In this document: positions 24,044 through 35,438 of the stretch, one piece after another
Numbering within the stretch: the stretch's first letter is position 1
Layout of the letters: every line of letters starts with the position of its first letter
From: Rhizophagus irregularis
Lineage: Eukaryota
Reading direction: 5' to 3'
Assembly (NCBI RefSeq): GCF_026210795.1
Contig: NC_089436.1
Coordinates: 248,001-312,000, forward strand
DNA length: 64,000 nucleotides
Notes under the pieces: model-generated
What the model saw: only the letters and a program-made list of their open reading frames with translations
Told to the model about the DNA's origin: nothing
The model's database searches: none
Translations under genes and position numbers: made by a program

Positions 24044-26167
24044 ATGTCTCGAAACCTTGCTAGAAGAGGTGGCGGCAGCTATAACCCTAATAGTAACAAG
24101 GCTGCTCGTCAAGAAAAGAAAAATAATAAAAAACAACTCTCCGATAACTCTGGCTCTGATAGTGATAGCACTACTCAAAAACGTTTCCGCATCATCACTG
24201 ATAACACCATGGATGAAGATTTCATTGCCGACGCGCCGGCTGACAGTGGTTTAGTTGGTTCAACTTCGACCGCTATTCCTCAACAAAATAATTCCCGCAG
24301 CACCGCCCAAGAAAATACTCAAGCTTCTACCCCGAATAATTCAGCTGCGCCTACTGCGCCTGGCCAAGACGCGTCCTCTGGAGCTAACGCGTCTATTCAT
24401 GCACCTCGAAACAAAGAAAATAACTCATCCCCTAACACGTCCCTTAATATGGACGTAAATGATGGTACATCGCCCGATCAGGCTGTTGATCCCTCCCCAA
24501 CTATTACCATTAATCGTTAAGATTATGTGGCTGCGGCTGCGCCCAACTCTGCTCCCCAAACTCTTGAAAAACTTAAAACTAATAAGGCAATTATAGATGC
24601 CGTTAACAACTTATTTTTAGAAACATACGAGTCGTATACCGGTCGGGCTCGTATGACTGGTTCAGGGGACGCTAAGCGTCTTATCATTCACTTCCATACT
24701 GCGGAGGCTCGCGACATGTGTGTTGGTAGTACACACTCTGAATTTCCAGACCTACAGTTCCACCTGTACGATCCCAAACAGCTCCGGTCTGATGAAGACC
24801 TCCGTGCAATTCAAGTCACAGATATACCATTTTTCATTACTAAACCACAACTCCAATCCTATTTTAAGAAATTCGGTAATCTCCTTGCCCTCCATCTTTA
24901 CTCAAGGAAAGGTGCTAAGATGCAACAAGCTCGCATTGTCTATGATCACGCCGATGCCATCTCCCGTTTCACGAATCAATGGGCAGTTTACTGCTTTTCC
25001 ACCTGCTTACGGGTTACCCCTTGTCATTACTCTTTAGATCAAAAAGCTGCTCGAAGAGCGTTCGTGGCTGTTCTCTCTGGACTTCCCGCTAATACTAAAG
25101 ATATCCATCTCGCTCCTTTGGTCAAAGAACATGAAGCAAAAGCTATTAACATTCCCCTTTCCCTAAATTCTTATAAACCCAAACCTTGGGCTTATGTTAC
25201 CTTCAACTCGCAAGAAACAATGGATGCCGCAATGGAGCAAACTATTGGTTTCCAAGGTCGTACTCTTCGATGGGGTACATCCAACGATTTGAAAGCTCTT
25301 TGCCACCGATGTGGTAAACTCGGTTGTGCTCCTACCTCCTGTCCACTTAATCAACGCCGTGGTCGCTCACGTACACGTGACCCTGTGGCTGCTCTTAAAG
25401 AACGTTTCAACATTGGCCAAAGGCCCGCCCAACAAAGAACGCAGCGCAATAATTCACGTTCTCATTCCCGGTCTAAATCTCGGGATCATTCTGCTTCTGC
25501 TCAACGTTCTAATTCCAATTCCAATAGCTCTAATACTAATGGTAACAACAATGGCAATACCAAACCCTCCTCCTCTGGTTCAACCCACTCCTCCTCATCT
25601 GCCCATGGATGTACACCTTCCAACAACCGTAAAGGCAAAGATAGATCTGTTTCCTTTTCGTCCAATGCTCGTGCTTCACTCCCTGATCCGAATTCTTCTA
25701 GTGCCCTTGAGGCTGCCCTCAAAATTCTTAATGTCTTACAATCACTTCAACAGGACGTTGCTCGTGTGGAATCTCGCATCTCGTCCCTTGAACTTAATAA
25801 CCAACGGCTCTCTGCTATAGAAGCCCATTTAGGCATTAATCCTCCTTCTGTTCCTGTCGTTAATTCTGAACCTGATCGAATGGAAGAAGACCCTCCTGAA
25901 AACACTGGCACCCTAATTCAACATCCCAATGCTCCTTCATCTTCTGGTCCAACGAAATCCTCTTCTCCTAAATCTCAACCCGACAAGACTACACACTCTG
26001 CTCCCACTTCCACCGCTAACCCTTCCCCGCAAGATGAATTGAACTCAGTTATTCAAGATCAAAAAGTGATTAAAGATACCTTACAATCGCTCACTGGTTC
26101 CATCCAAGGTTTTATTGCTTCTCTTGGTGGTCCTCCCTCTGATCGAGCTTCTGCTCCTTCGCAATAA
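24044..26167 (+). pseudogene. LINE ORF1, copy 2, one in-frame stop
   Basis: TAA at 24518-24520 where copy 1 has CAA. Confidence 0.88.
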
Positions 26168-26214
26168 CTGACTTCTCACCTCCTTTCCCCGTACTTTATT
26201 ATCATTGTGTTCTA

Positions 26215-29200
26215 ATGTTAGACAATTTTAATTATGATACATTTGTTCGTAACCCACCCAACTCCGTAGATCTTATAATTTTTCAGAACATGAATCTTTA
26301 TTTACTACTCCAAACTCTTCCCCTATCCCTAATTCTTTTAATATTTCATCTTTTAATGTTAATGGTCTTCGCCATAATAGCCAAGTTAAAATTGAACAAA
26401 TCTCTTTTTTTTTCAATCTTAAACATATTTCATTTGGTGGTATCGTAGATACCCATTTATCCCCTAAACAAATTCATTTCTTATCTAAACGCCTCCCTAA
26501 TTACACTGTATTTTCATCTGATTTAGATAAAACTAAACAAGTTAAATCTACTGGCGGCGTTTCCCTTTTTATTGAAAAATCCCTCGCTTCTCATGTACAA
26601 GATTTTGTTTCGCATTCCTCACGAATTTTATCTGTTGATCTTTATTTTAAAGGCAACATTAAATTTCGTATTTTTGTAATATATATTCCTCCCGTTTCTG
26701 ATTCTAAATTACGATCAGAAACCATTGACCTTCTTTTACAATTATTAGTGCAAACTAAACAACAAAATTTTTATCACGCCATTTGTGGCGATTTCAATAT
26801 GCATTTAGATGCTTATTATCCTATTTATTTTAATCGCCCTTCTGTTGCTTCCCAATGAACTTATCGTTTGCTACATCATCTTTTATCTCAAGGATATGAA
26901 GAAACTATTCCCGTTAATGCTTCTGTTTCCTTAGGCACCTTCCACCGTGGTGATCAAGTTACTCGTATAGACTATGTTTGGTCTTGTCCAATGCTGAAAA
27001 GCTTTGCTCTCACCTCCTATATATTTGATGGCCATGACACCTGCTCTTCCGATCACAATCCTATCATCACTTATTTTGATGACTCACTCTTGGCTGCGTC
27101 CATCAAGGTTGCTCACGCTAAACAACTTCAACGCCAAACTCGCTGCATATTTAAATTCGATTCAGTCACTACTCAACAATGGGAATCCTTTTCTACTCAT
27201 ACTGATTCTTTGTGCGACGAACTGCCATCAACCTTCTCAACATGGCATATTAATCAACAATGCGAATATTTACATTCTCGTATAGTGAAAGCTGCTACTG
27301 CCTCCCTTCCATCTGTCCTGGTTGGCAATCAACATACGCCTACGGTGCCCAAAGATTTGGAAGCCCTAACTCAACATTATCGTTTCCTCAGCCGTCTTTT
27401 GCATTCGATACGTTTATTGCGAAAATATCCTTCCACTTATTATAATAGACATGAACGTACTTGGTCCACTCATTTCATTAGACTTCAAAAGATTCTTCAT
27501 CTTTATAAGAAGATTATTCCTTCTCCCCCTATTTTACCTACTTCTTTATCCTCATGTAGGCAAGACGATTTTAAACTTTTATTGGCATCTTTAAAGACTA
27601 TTTCCGATGCCCTCCATGGTTTCCTTCTTCTCAAAGAAAAAGATTTTCAAGATTCTTCCATTCGTGCCAAATTGGAAGATAGGGACAATAATTTTGAAAC
27701 CGATATTTCCTCCTTTATTAATTCTGCTCTCTCAAGGACTCGATGCCGCATCACCTTGGATCGTGTCTTTATCGACCATCCTACACAACCTAAACTTTTG
27801 ACGGACCCGCATGATATTGATAACGCTGTTATCAACCACTTTCAGAATTCCGTTCCTATAAAATCATCTCCCCCTGACAATATTTCCGCTCTTCCAGATA
27901 GATGGTCTTCTGCTTATTGCCCTATGGACGATGTGGATTCTTCTATTTACAACTCCTTGTTGGATCCTCCTACCCTTGATGAATGGCTGTCTACGGTCTC
28001 TTCGATGCTGAATGACAAAGCTTCTGGTCCTTCTATGATTACCTATGAGATGCTTAAGCATCTGGGTTCCAATACTTCAACTTTGGTTCTAATCCTGGTA
28101 CAATCATGCTTTCGTACTGCTGATATTCCTGATTTATGGCGTCAAGCTATGGTTTTCCCCATCCCTAAACCTCACGAATGGAAATGTCAACTCAAGAATA
28201 CAAGACCTATTACTTTACTTGAAGTAATCAGGAAATCCTTGGTTAAACTATTTTATAATCGTCTAGCTTCCATTTTGGCTTCAAATGAAATTCTCAAAGG
28301 AGGTAACTTCGCTGGTCTCCCTGGTGGTTCTTGTCGCGACCCTATTGTCATTCTGGAATTTATTATCCATGATGCTCATCTCAACAAATCGCCGCTTTGG
28401 ATCCTTTCACAAGATATTTCAAAGGCTTTTGACTCGGTTGATCTTAAGATGTTGCGTTTCGCTCTTGAACGCATTAAGCTTCCTGCTACTGCTATTAAGT
28501 TTATTTTATCTCTTTTCATGAAACGCTCTAATCGCGTTTTTACTGCTCATGGAATTACCCCTTCTTACCGTGTTCGCATTGGTATAGACCAAGGCGAAGT
28601 TATTTCTCCCTTGCTTTGGGTTATATATATAGACCCTTTATTGACTGTTTTTAAGAATGAAATGATGGATCCATATACACTTCATGCTCCCTCTTTATCT
28701 AATCCCTTGGCTGAGACAAGTTCAGATGAATTACGTATCAACAACTTGGTCTTTATGGATGACTCCACTTTAATCTCATCATCCAAATCTGGAATGGAAT
28801 CGATGCTTTCTATTACAGAAGAATTTTATCAAATCAATAACACTTCTGCTAATCACAACAAATATGTTTTAATTACTAATACGTTGCCTTCTACTTCAGT
28901 TTCTTCACCTTCTCCAGTCGTGTTTGACTTGCAATTATCTGGATTGAACAATGTTCCTTCCATTTCTATTGTGCCCATCTCCATGAATAGCTCTTTCCGA
29001 TTCCTAGGCGTCTGGTTCAATGTCGCTGGATCTCGCGATTTTGTCAAAAAGCAAGTTGCTAGAGAATGTAATTCTTTCGCTGCTACCGTGCGCCCTGCCA
29101 AATTATCTGCTAAACAAGTAGTTTATTTACACAATACCGTCCTTATTCTGAAACTGGAATATCGCATGCAAGTCACTCACCTCTCCGAATCTGAATGTGC

Positions 29201-31835
29201 TTCGGCAACCAGCAGTATCCGTTCTTTGGTTAAACATAAGGCCAATTTTTCACGTACACTCCCAGATTCTATCTTGTTTTTATCTCAAGGCTTGGGATTG
29301 ATTAATTTATTTTTTCATCAATCACAAACACATTTAACTAATTTATTTTTATTAGCTAATTCTTCTTTTTCCTTTATGAAAAATCTATTTTTATATAGAT
29401 TACGTTTAATTCAATTTTCCTTTTTGATTCCTATTTCCCCATTGTTAGTTAAAGATTGGACTTTATGGTCTAAACTTTTTGCTTTTAAACAGGATTATAT
29501 CGCTTGCACTATTGCTCTCCTGACCACCACTCCTTTTGAGTTGTCACGTCCACGACTTTCAACCTTGCCTGACCTTACTATACCTGATGGTCATACACCT
29601 TTATTTGATGTTATGACTCTAAATATTTTTATATCTTACTTCCGACGTCTTAGAAGTTTGCAACTTTATTACCTATCTCAATTTATTACACCCCAAGGAA
29701 CCCATATGATTACTTGGAATGTTTATTTATCCAATCTATCAAGTAGGAAAGGTCATCGAGTCCTCCCACATAAGTGGTTCGTTGACATCCACCAATGCGT
29801 CACGGTTCCAAATTCCAACTCTCTGCTCTTGGATCAATTCTCTTCCGAAGCTATTTCTTCAATTATTGATTTGGTTCCAGCCTTTGGTTTCTCCAGAAAA
29901 TCCATGAAATGGATCGTGACTTTAGACGAAGATGGCTCTCCTCTTTTTGGAAAACAACTCAGCAAACAACAATATTCTTGCAAGATTGTCCATTGGACCT
30001 CTGATTGTGTGACTCGACCTAATGATGTTATCACGCTCACTCCTTGTCCTGGTTGTTCTAAACATGTACCGGTTTCTCATACTAAAAACCAACCATCCGA
30101 TGTTACTCCTTTATGTATCATCCCAAAACTTTCTCCACTTAGATCTTTAATTCTCCCAACAACGCAGGAGCGTATTAGACATGACACCACCAATATTACT
30201 TCTCCCTTTACTTGGGCAGACCTTGATGAATCTGTACGATCATACTATGGTCGTCTGGACATTCAACCTAATTTTTCACAAGCAGAAGTGGTTATTCTCC
30301 CTTCTCCTTCTCTCCCTCCTACTCTGGACTCGGCTGCCTCTCTTGCTTTTGCTGCCTCCCCGTTAGCGACTCCTCCTGACAACCATTATTGTTTTTATAC
30401 TGATGGTTCCTTAATCAACCTTGGCACTCCTGATGTTTCAATGGGTTGGTCTTGGGTTCAAGTCCTAGATGGCGCTGGTTTTTTCCAATCTATCGCTGCT
30501 TATGCTCATGGAATTATCCATAATTGGCCTTCCTCTACAAGAGCTGAAACCGCTGCTATACATGCCGCCCTCACAGTCACTCCTCCTTCTTCAACGGTCA
30601 CTATTTATACTGACTCTCAATCAGCCATAGATGGTCTTCGTCTATGTGATTCTTCTTCTTATTCCAATAGCAGGCTTTATTACAAGACCACTAATTTTGA
30701 ACTCTGGGCTATTATTGAACATCTTATCTCCTCCAAGTCTTTGTCAGTCATGGCTGTTAAAGTGAAAGGTCACTCTGGTAACTTTTACAATGACTACGCG
30801 GACTCTTTGGCCAACTCTGCGCATACTTCTTCTTCAGCAATCCTTCTCTCTGATCTGGATCAAGTATCTCCTCACGATTTCATATTAAAATATGATGATA
30901 TTTTATGTGAATCCAATCCTCGACGCCTATTCAAGCAATATTCGCAAATGCTGTGGATGCATAGATTGTCGCATTTATCGCGTTTTAACTTTATTATTAC
31001 TTTATCTTCCATTTCAGATTTCGTGATTGATTGGGATCTTACCTGGTTCTTATTAAACTCTGAACCTCAACACGATGCCTCTTTTACTCGTGCTCATGCT
31101 TCCTCTCATCACACCTTCAAATTTAAACTCTTTTTGGAAGATTTACCAACTCTGGAACTTCTTAAAAGAATTCGCCCGGACTTGTATATCGACATTTTAT
31201 CATGTCATTCGTGCCTCGACTCCAAGGAAGATTTCATGCACTTGTTTATATGCAAATGTAGACGAATCGCTATGGAACAGATTCTCCTCTCCTATCAAAA
31301 ACATTTTATTAACAAACTCCAAGAAGCTGGTGATCTCATTAAAAAAGATCCGTCTTTAATTATTAATAAATTTACATCTCTTCCTTGTTGGTCCTTCTCC
31401 TCTTCAAATTGGACCTCTTATAGTCTTGTCCATGGCTGCCTTCCAAAATCCTTTGTCGAATTTTTTGAAGAACTTTCCGTTCCACGTAACTCAGCGATGA
31501 AGGTTATCTCTACTATCCACAATCACTTTATCCAAAAGATCAGAAAACGCATTTGGCTACCGCGCACCTATGATAAATCAAAATGGGAAGACGCGATGAA
31601 TATCACTCAAAAACTTAAACTTTCTCGGCCTTCTAATTTGCCAAAGTCCACGTACTTACCTTTCTCCACTTTACCTCCTCCGACCCTTTCCGACGCTGCA
31701 CGTGACTCTGACGTTGATTATTTAAAGAACTCGATGAAATATGGTTTGCCTTGGTTTAATCACTACTCGGGTTTTATGGGTCGTCTAACGGTGCAACTTA
31801 CTAACAGCTTTAGCAGGGTGGTGTGTCGATTTTAA
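26215..31835 (+). pseudogene. LINE ORF2, copy 2; 5' lesions, RT-RNase H part open (26868-31835)
   Basis: Frameshift near 26270 and TGA at 26856-26858 where copy 1 has CGA; same domain motifs as copy 1. Confidence 0.9.
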
Positions 31836-32187
31836 CAATGGGCACATTGTTCGTTGGTTTGTTTGCATAGTTGCTTCTTCTTAGGTTGGAATATATCTAG
31901 GCGGGGGATCAGGATAGTTTTAGTGTTATGCGATTTTTTCCTTTTCGAATTAATTTTATAGCTTTATTACTGTTTTGGAGACTATATAGTTTTGTTTTTA
32001 GTTAATTTTATTTTTCTTTTTGTACTTTAAAAATTTTTATGTTATTTTTGTAAGTTCGTTAAATAAATTTAATAAAGATAAAGGCTACTATGCCATGTTT
32101 GCCTTGACAAGGACTGATGACGATGTCACTTGGTTATTGTAAATTGAAGATAACAATTAGGTATGTAGACACGTACAGAAAAAAGAC

Positions 32188-32772
32188 ATGTCATACCCTT
32201 ATATAACTAATCCTATAACCGGACGTCCAATCCGTGTTGGTGGAGATACCTTTAATCGAATAGTTATGGAATCCCATGATTATATCGATGGAAGGCTTGT
32301 CCGTAGACAAACCGCACCGCCTCCACCCCAGGAACAACCTGTATATTTAAATACAGATACAGGACGCTATATTCAACACGGTACTAGAACGTATCATAGA
32401 CTGGTTGAGAGTGACTATGAGGTAGTTGAGGATTACTACCTTGTCCATTATGAAGAAGAGGCGCTTATAGAGGAAATCATCAATGAAACACGCTATAATG
32501 AGGAAAATCTTGATAGCCAGCGGTTAACTTTCAATGATATACAACAAATCAGGGCCGCTATTCAGACTGACCAAGATGAATATGATGATTTTATATTACA
32601 GCAAGATACGACTAACGGGACACCTTCCTCCGGTCCTTCCGGTCATCCACGAACTTTGAAGGACCATGCCCCGAGACTTGCAGAGCTTAATATCGAGTTG
32701 TGTAGGGAATGTCTCATGCCTGTAAGCCCAAGTGACTTAACGGACAAGTTATGCAAGGACTGCGCTTTCTAA
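32188..32772 (+). CDS. Protein with two 2-cysteine-adaptor-like repeats and C-terminal Zn ribbon
   Basis: NPITGRPIRVGGDTFNRI and NTDTGRYIQHGTRTYHRL; CREC...CKDC. Confidence 0.65.
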   Translation: MSYPYITNPITGRPIRVGGDTFNRIVMESHDYIDGRLVRRQTAPPPPQEQPVYLNTDTGRYIQHGTRTYHRLVESDYEVVEDYYLVHYEEEALIEEIINETRYNEENLDSQRLTFNDIQQIRAAIQTDQDEYDDFILQQDTTNGTPSSGPSGHPRTLKDHAPRLAELNIELCRECLMPVSPSDLTDKLCKDCAF

Positions 32773-32787
32773 TGGTTAGTCCTCCTG

Positions 32788-32830
32788 TCCTCCGGTCCTC
32801 CGGTCCTCCGGTCTTCCGGTCTTCCGGTCT
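32788..32830. repeat. 8-bp tandem repeat C(C/T)TCCGGT, about 5 copies
   Basis: Directly visible downstream of the 32772 stop. Confidence 0.8.
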
Positions 32831-32956
32831 TTCCAACGGTTGATCCCTTAATGCCAGTTTTTTTTTTTTCTACAAATGACAGGTATTTAAAGATAACAAT
32901 ATATAAAAAAGATTGTGAAGGATACTAAGTGAGCGAACAATCAAAGAAAGATAGCT

Positions 32957-33516
32957 ATGTCAACATCAATCGTAATAAACCAGTGTCAGAACTGTGGAGT
33001 ATTCTCTGCAAAAGCGGCATATAGAGGATTATCCAGCGTGTTGTATAGACAGATTATAAAGAAGATTGGCGACGAGAGTGAACCTTTACAAGCCTTGGGA
33101 CTTGCCAGGGATAAGTTGGTCCAGATTATTCGTCGGGCAAGTAATGCGGATTTTACACAATTATTCACACAAAGACTGGATATGAAAATTATGGACGGAG
33201 ATTCATACGAGGATACTAGGAAGTGGTTTCTTGAACAGCTTATAGCCATTGGATGTGACAGTGGGGAAATTGCCTTATATCAGTTCTTACAGAATACATA
33301 CCCGGATGGTATTGACGAACCCTTTACTACATTCTATGAGAACTATGTAAGTCATGTAAGAAATCCGATGACTAAGAACTTTGCTTCTCGAGCCTTAGGA
33401 GCTATTGGGTTAAAAGCTAGGATGCTACGGATTGACTTCGAAGGACGTAAAAAAGCGCCATGATTCTTAGGGCTTCTGAGGAAGAACTTCGCGAGATTCT
33501 TACAAAATACTATTGA
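32957..33516 (+). CDS. Protein paralogous to the helicase C-terminal (winged-helix-like) region; probable 1-bp frameshift near the end
   Basis: LYQFLQNTY...FYENY...PMTKNFASRALGAIGLK aligns by eye with helicase LFQFIKDTY...FYRVY...PLSKINASRILSNELGIK; as sequenced stops at 33463, one more A at 33449-33454 extends it to 33516. Confidence 0.6.
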
Positions 33517-34723
33517 TCCCTACTCGTAATGCTCGACGGTCCATATGACCCTTAGAAAAGATCTGTAAAAGGACCCCGATGCCTTCTATTATTTTTTTAT
33601 TATCCAAAGGGTAACTAGACTTCAGGACTTCATATCGGGAGAATAACTCCTTTACGGTCTCAGGTTTTGGAATTTCAGTCTTTGTGGTCCTATCCCGTAC
33701 TTTTGCTAAGAAGTTTTGGAAGTCTGATCCCAGGGTCTTACCAGATAGTCCGTAGGCTTCCCGAAAGACGTACTTAATCCAGGTATCTGCGTTCTTAGCT
33801 ATAACACCGGATACGAGGAGGTGTTTTCTCTCTTTAGGCGATGGATATTCCCGAGCAAACTCGATTAGCTGGGAGGACTTTTTTGCTTCAGCTACGGCTT
33901 TCTGGCCATAAGGACTAAACTTCGATCGAACTGGGTTCAAACTCGGATTGAACGGGGATCGAACTGGGTTCAAACTTGGATCGAACGGGGATCGAACTGG
34001 GTTCAAACTCAGATCGAACTGAGATTGATCAGTGATCGAACTGAGACTAGTATCCCATCTAACCCGAATAGATAACGGATCGCTCTTGGATCTTCTAAGA
34101 TCAAATACTATAAATTCGCGTTGTAAAGTAAGGTCATCGATTACTGGAGCTAGTGACTCCGATTCTTCTGTATACTGGCGGATGATCCTCTTAGTATCGG
34201 TCAAACTTCCGTGACCTCCATGTAGGGAAATATAATTCACATTTTCACGAATAGCCTTGGGAATGGTAAAGAATCTTTGGGCCACATAGATACATGAAAT
34301 ATTTTTGTGTCGTCCGTGTGTAAAAAATCCAGTGATGAGATCCTGGGTTTTTTTAGGCGCATCCATCAAATCCTTGAAGATTACCACAGTAGCCTGGGTG
34401 GAGTTGAAGTCCTTAACATTTGGAATCTCACTATGGGATACTGCGGTAAACGGAATTTCTTCTTCTTTGAAAAAATCACGTACGACTGCCCACTTCGGTT
34501 CATCGAGGTATCTGCCAACTAGAATTACTGCATCACATAATATGTACCTTTCGCCATCCTCCTTTGCCTTCTTGTCTCCCATTAACAAATTAATGATCAT
34601 AGTTGTCTTACCCGAGTCAGAACTTCCTGCTACGGCAAGACGGAAAGGCCATGATGGGGCAAACTCATTACCCTGTCTTGAGTCGGTCGTGTACTCGTCC
34701 AAATTGTATACATAAAGATCCAT
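33500..34723 (-). CDS. A32-like (FtsK/HerA superfamily) DNA packaging ATPase
   Basis: Walker A GSSDSGKT, Walker B VVIFKDL, FTHGRHKNISCIYVAQ and IRENV signature. Confidence 0.88.
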   Translation of the reverse strand: MDLYVYNLDEYTTDSRQGNEFAPSWPFRLAVAGSSDSGKTTMIINLLMGDKKAKEDGERYILCDAVILVGRYLDEPKWAVVRDFFKEEEIPFTAVSHSEIPNVKDFNSTQATVVIFKDLMDAPKKTQDLITGFFTHGRHKNISCIYVAQRFFTIPKAIRENVNYISLHGGHGSLTDTKRIIRQYTEESESLAPVIDDLTLQREFIVFDLRRSKSDPLSIRVRWDTSLSSITDQSQFDLSLNPVRSPFDPSLNPVRSPFNPSLNPVRSKFSPYGQKAVAEAKKSSQLIEFAREYPSPKERKHLLVSGVIAKNADTWIKYVFREAYGLSGKTLGSDFQNFLAKVRDRTTKTEIPKPETVKELFSRYEVLKSSYPLDNKKIIEGIGVLLQIFSKGHMDRRALRVGINSIL

Positions 34724-34754
34724 TTGAATTTTATTCTAACTTAGTTTAAATACG

Positions 34755-35438
34755 ATGTCGACACCAATTGCAATTTATACTCCTTCAGAGCCTACTGGAC
34801 CGCCTCCTAGGGATTTGCGTGATATGAATAATATACCATTAGTTGCGGTAATTAAGGATCAAACAGATTTTTTAACTGTCAGTGATCGCATGGTTGTTAA
34901 TCGAGATGTACAAAATGCAAACCATCGTCTTAAACATGCTCTTAATTTATTAATTCATCGCTGTAGAGAAACATACGAAGAACGCGATATATTAAAAGCA
35001 GAACGCGATCGATCTCGAAAAGAACGCGATGAATTACAAGATGAATTCGAGGTTCAAGCAGGTTTGTTAGGTCTTACACAAGATGAGCTAAATATCGTAC
35101 AAGATACTATTACTGGTTTAGAAGCTAATTTGGCTGAATTGGAACGTGAGTTTGGTGGTATGCGGATGACTAATCGTCGTCTTCAGCAGCAATATAATCT
35201 TATGAGAGGAGAACGTAATAGAGCTATAGGTGAGCGTGATGTGGCACGAAATTGGCTTGTATATGCCAATAATCGGGTTCTTTTTGGAATTCGGACATTG
35301 GGACGTCTTAGGAATCGACTTTTCCAACAAATAGCTGCTCTGCGTATCCAAGTACAATGGTTTCGGATTAGACAATTGAACCCTCCTCCACCTCCTCTCA
35401 ACCATCCACAAAATACGATATGGCTGCTGTTGGTATAG
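34755..35438 (+). CDS. Coiled-coil protein, possibly the N-terminal part of Gag
   Basis: Heptad-like E/R/L-rich region, poly-Pro end; overlaps Gag ATG by 19 nt. Confidence 0.6.
   Translation: MSTPIAIYTPSEPTGPPPRDLRDMNNIPLVAVIKDQTDFLTVSDRMVVNRDVQNANHRLKHALNLLIHRCRETYEERDILKAERDRSRKERDELQDEFEVQAGLLGLTQDELNIVQDTITGLEANLAELEREFGGMRMTNRRLQQQYNLMRGERNRAIGERDVARNWLVYANNRVLFGIRTLGRLRNRLFQQIAALRIQVQWFRIRQLNPPPPPLNHPQNTIWLLLV

Larger units (their letters stand above)
23939..32105 (+). mobile_element. Full-length LINE, copy 2 (same family, diverged)
   Basis: Colinear with copy 1 end to end; flanked by GACAAGGACTGAT at 23926-23938 and 32106-32118. Confidence 0.93.

Noticed and set aside
15758..32105. 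Simple recent tandem duplication or assembly artefact of one LINE
   Set aside because: Copies differ throughout, have different lesions and each is bounded by the target 13-mer; an old duplication is not fully excluded
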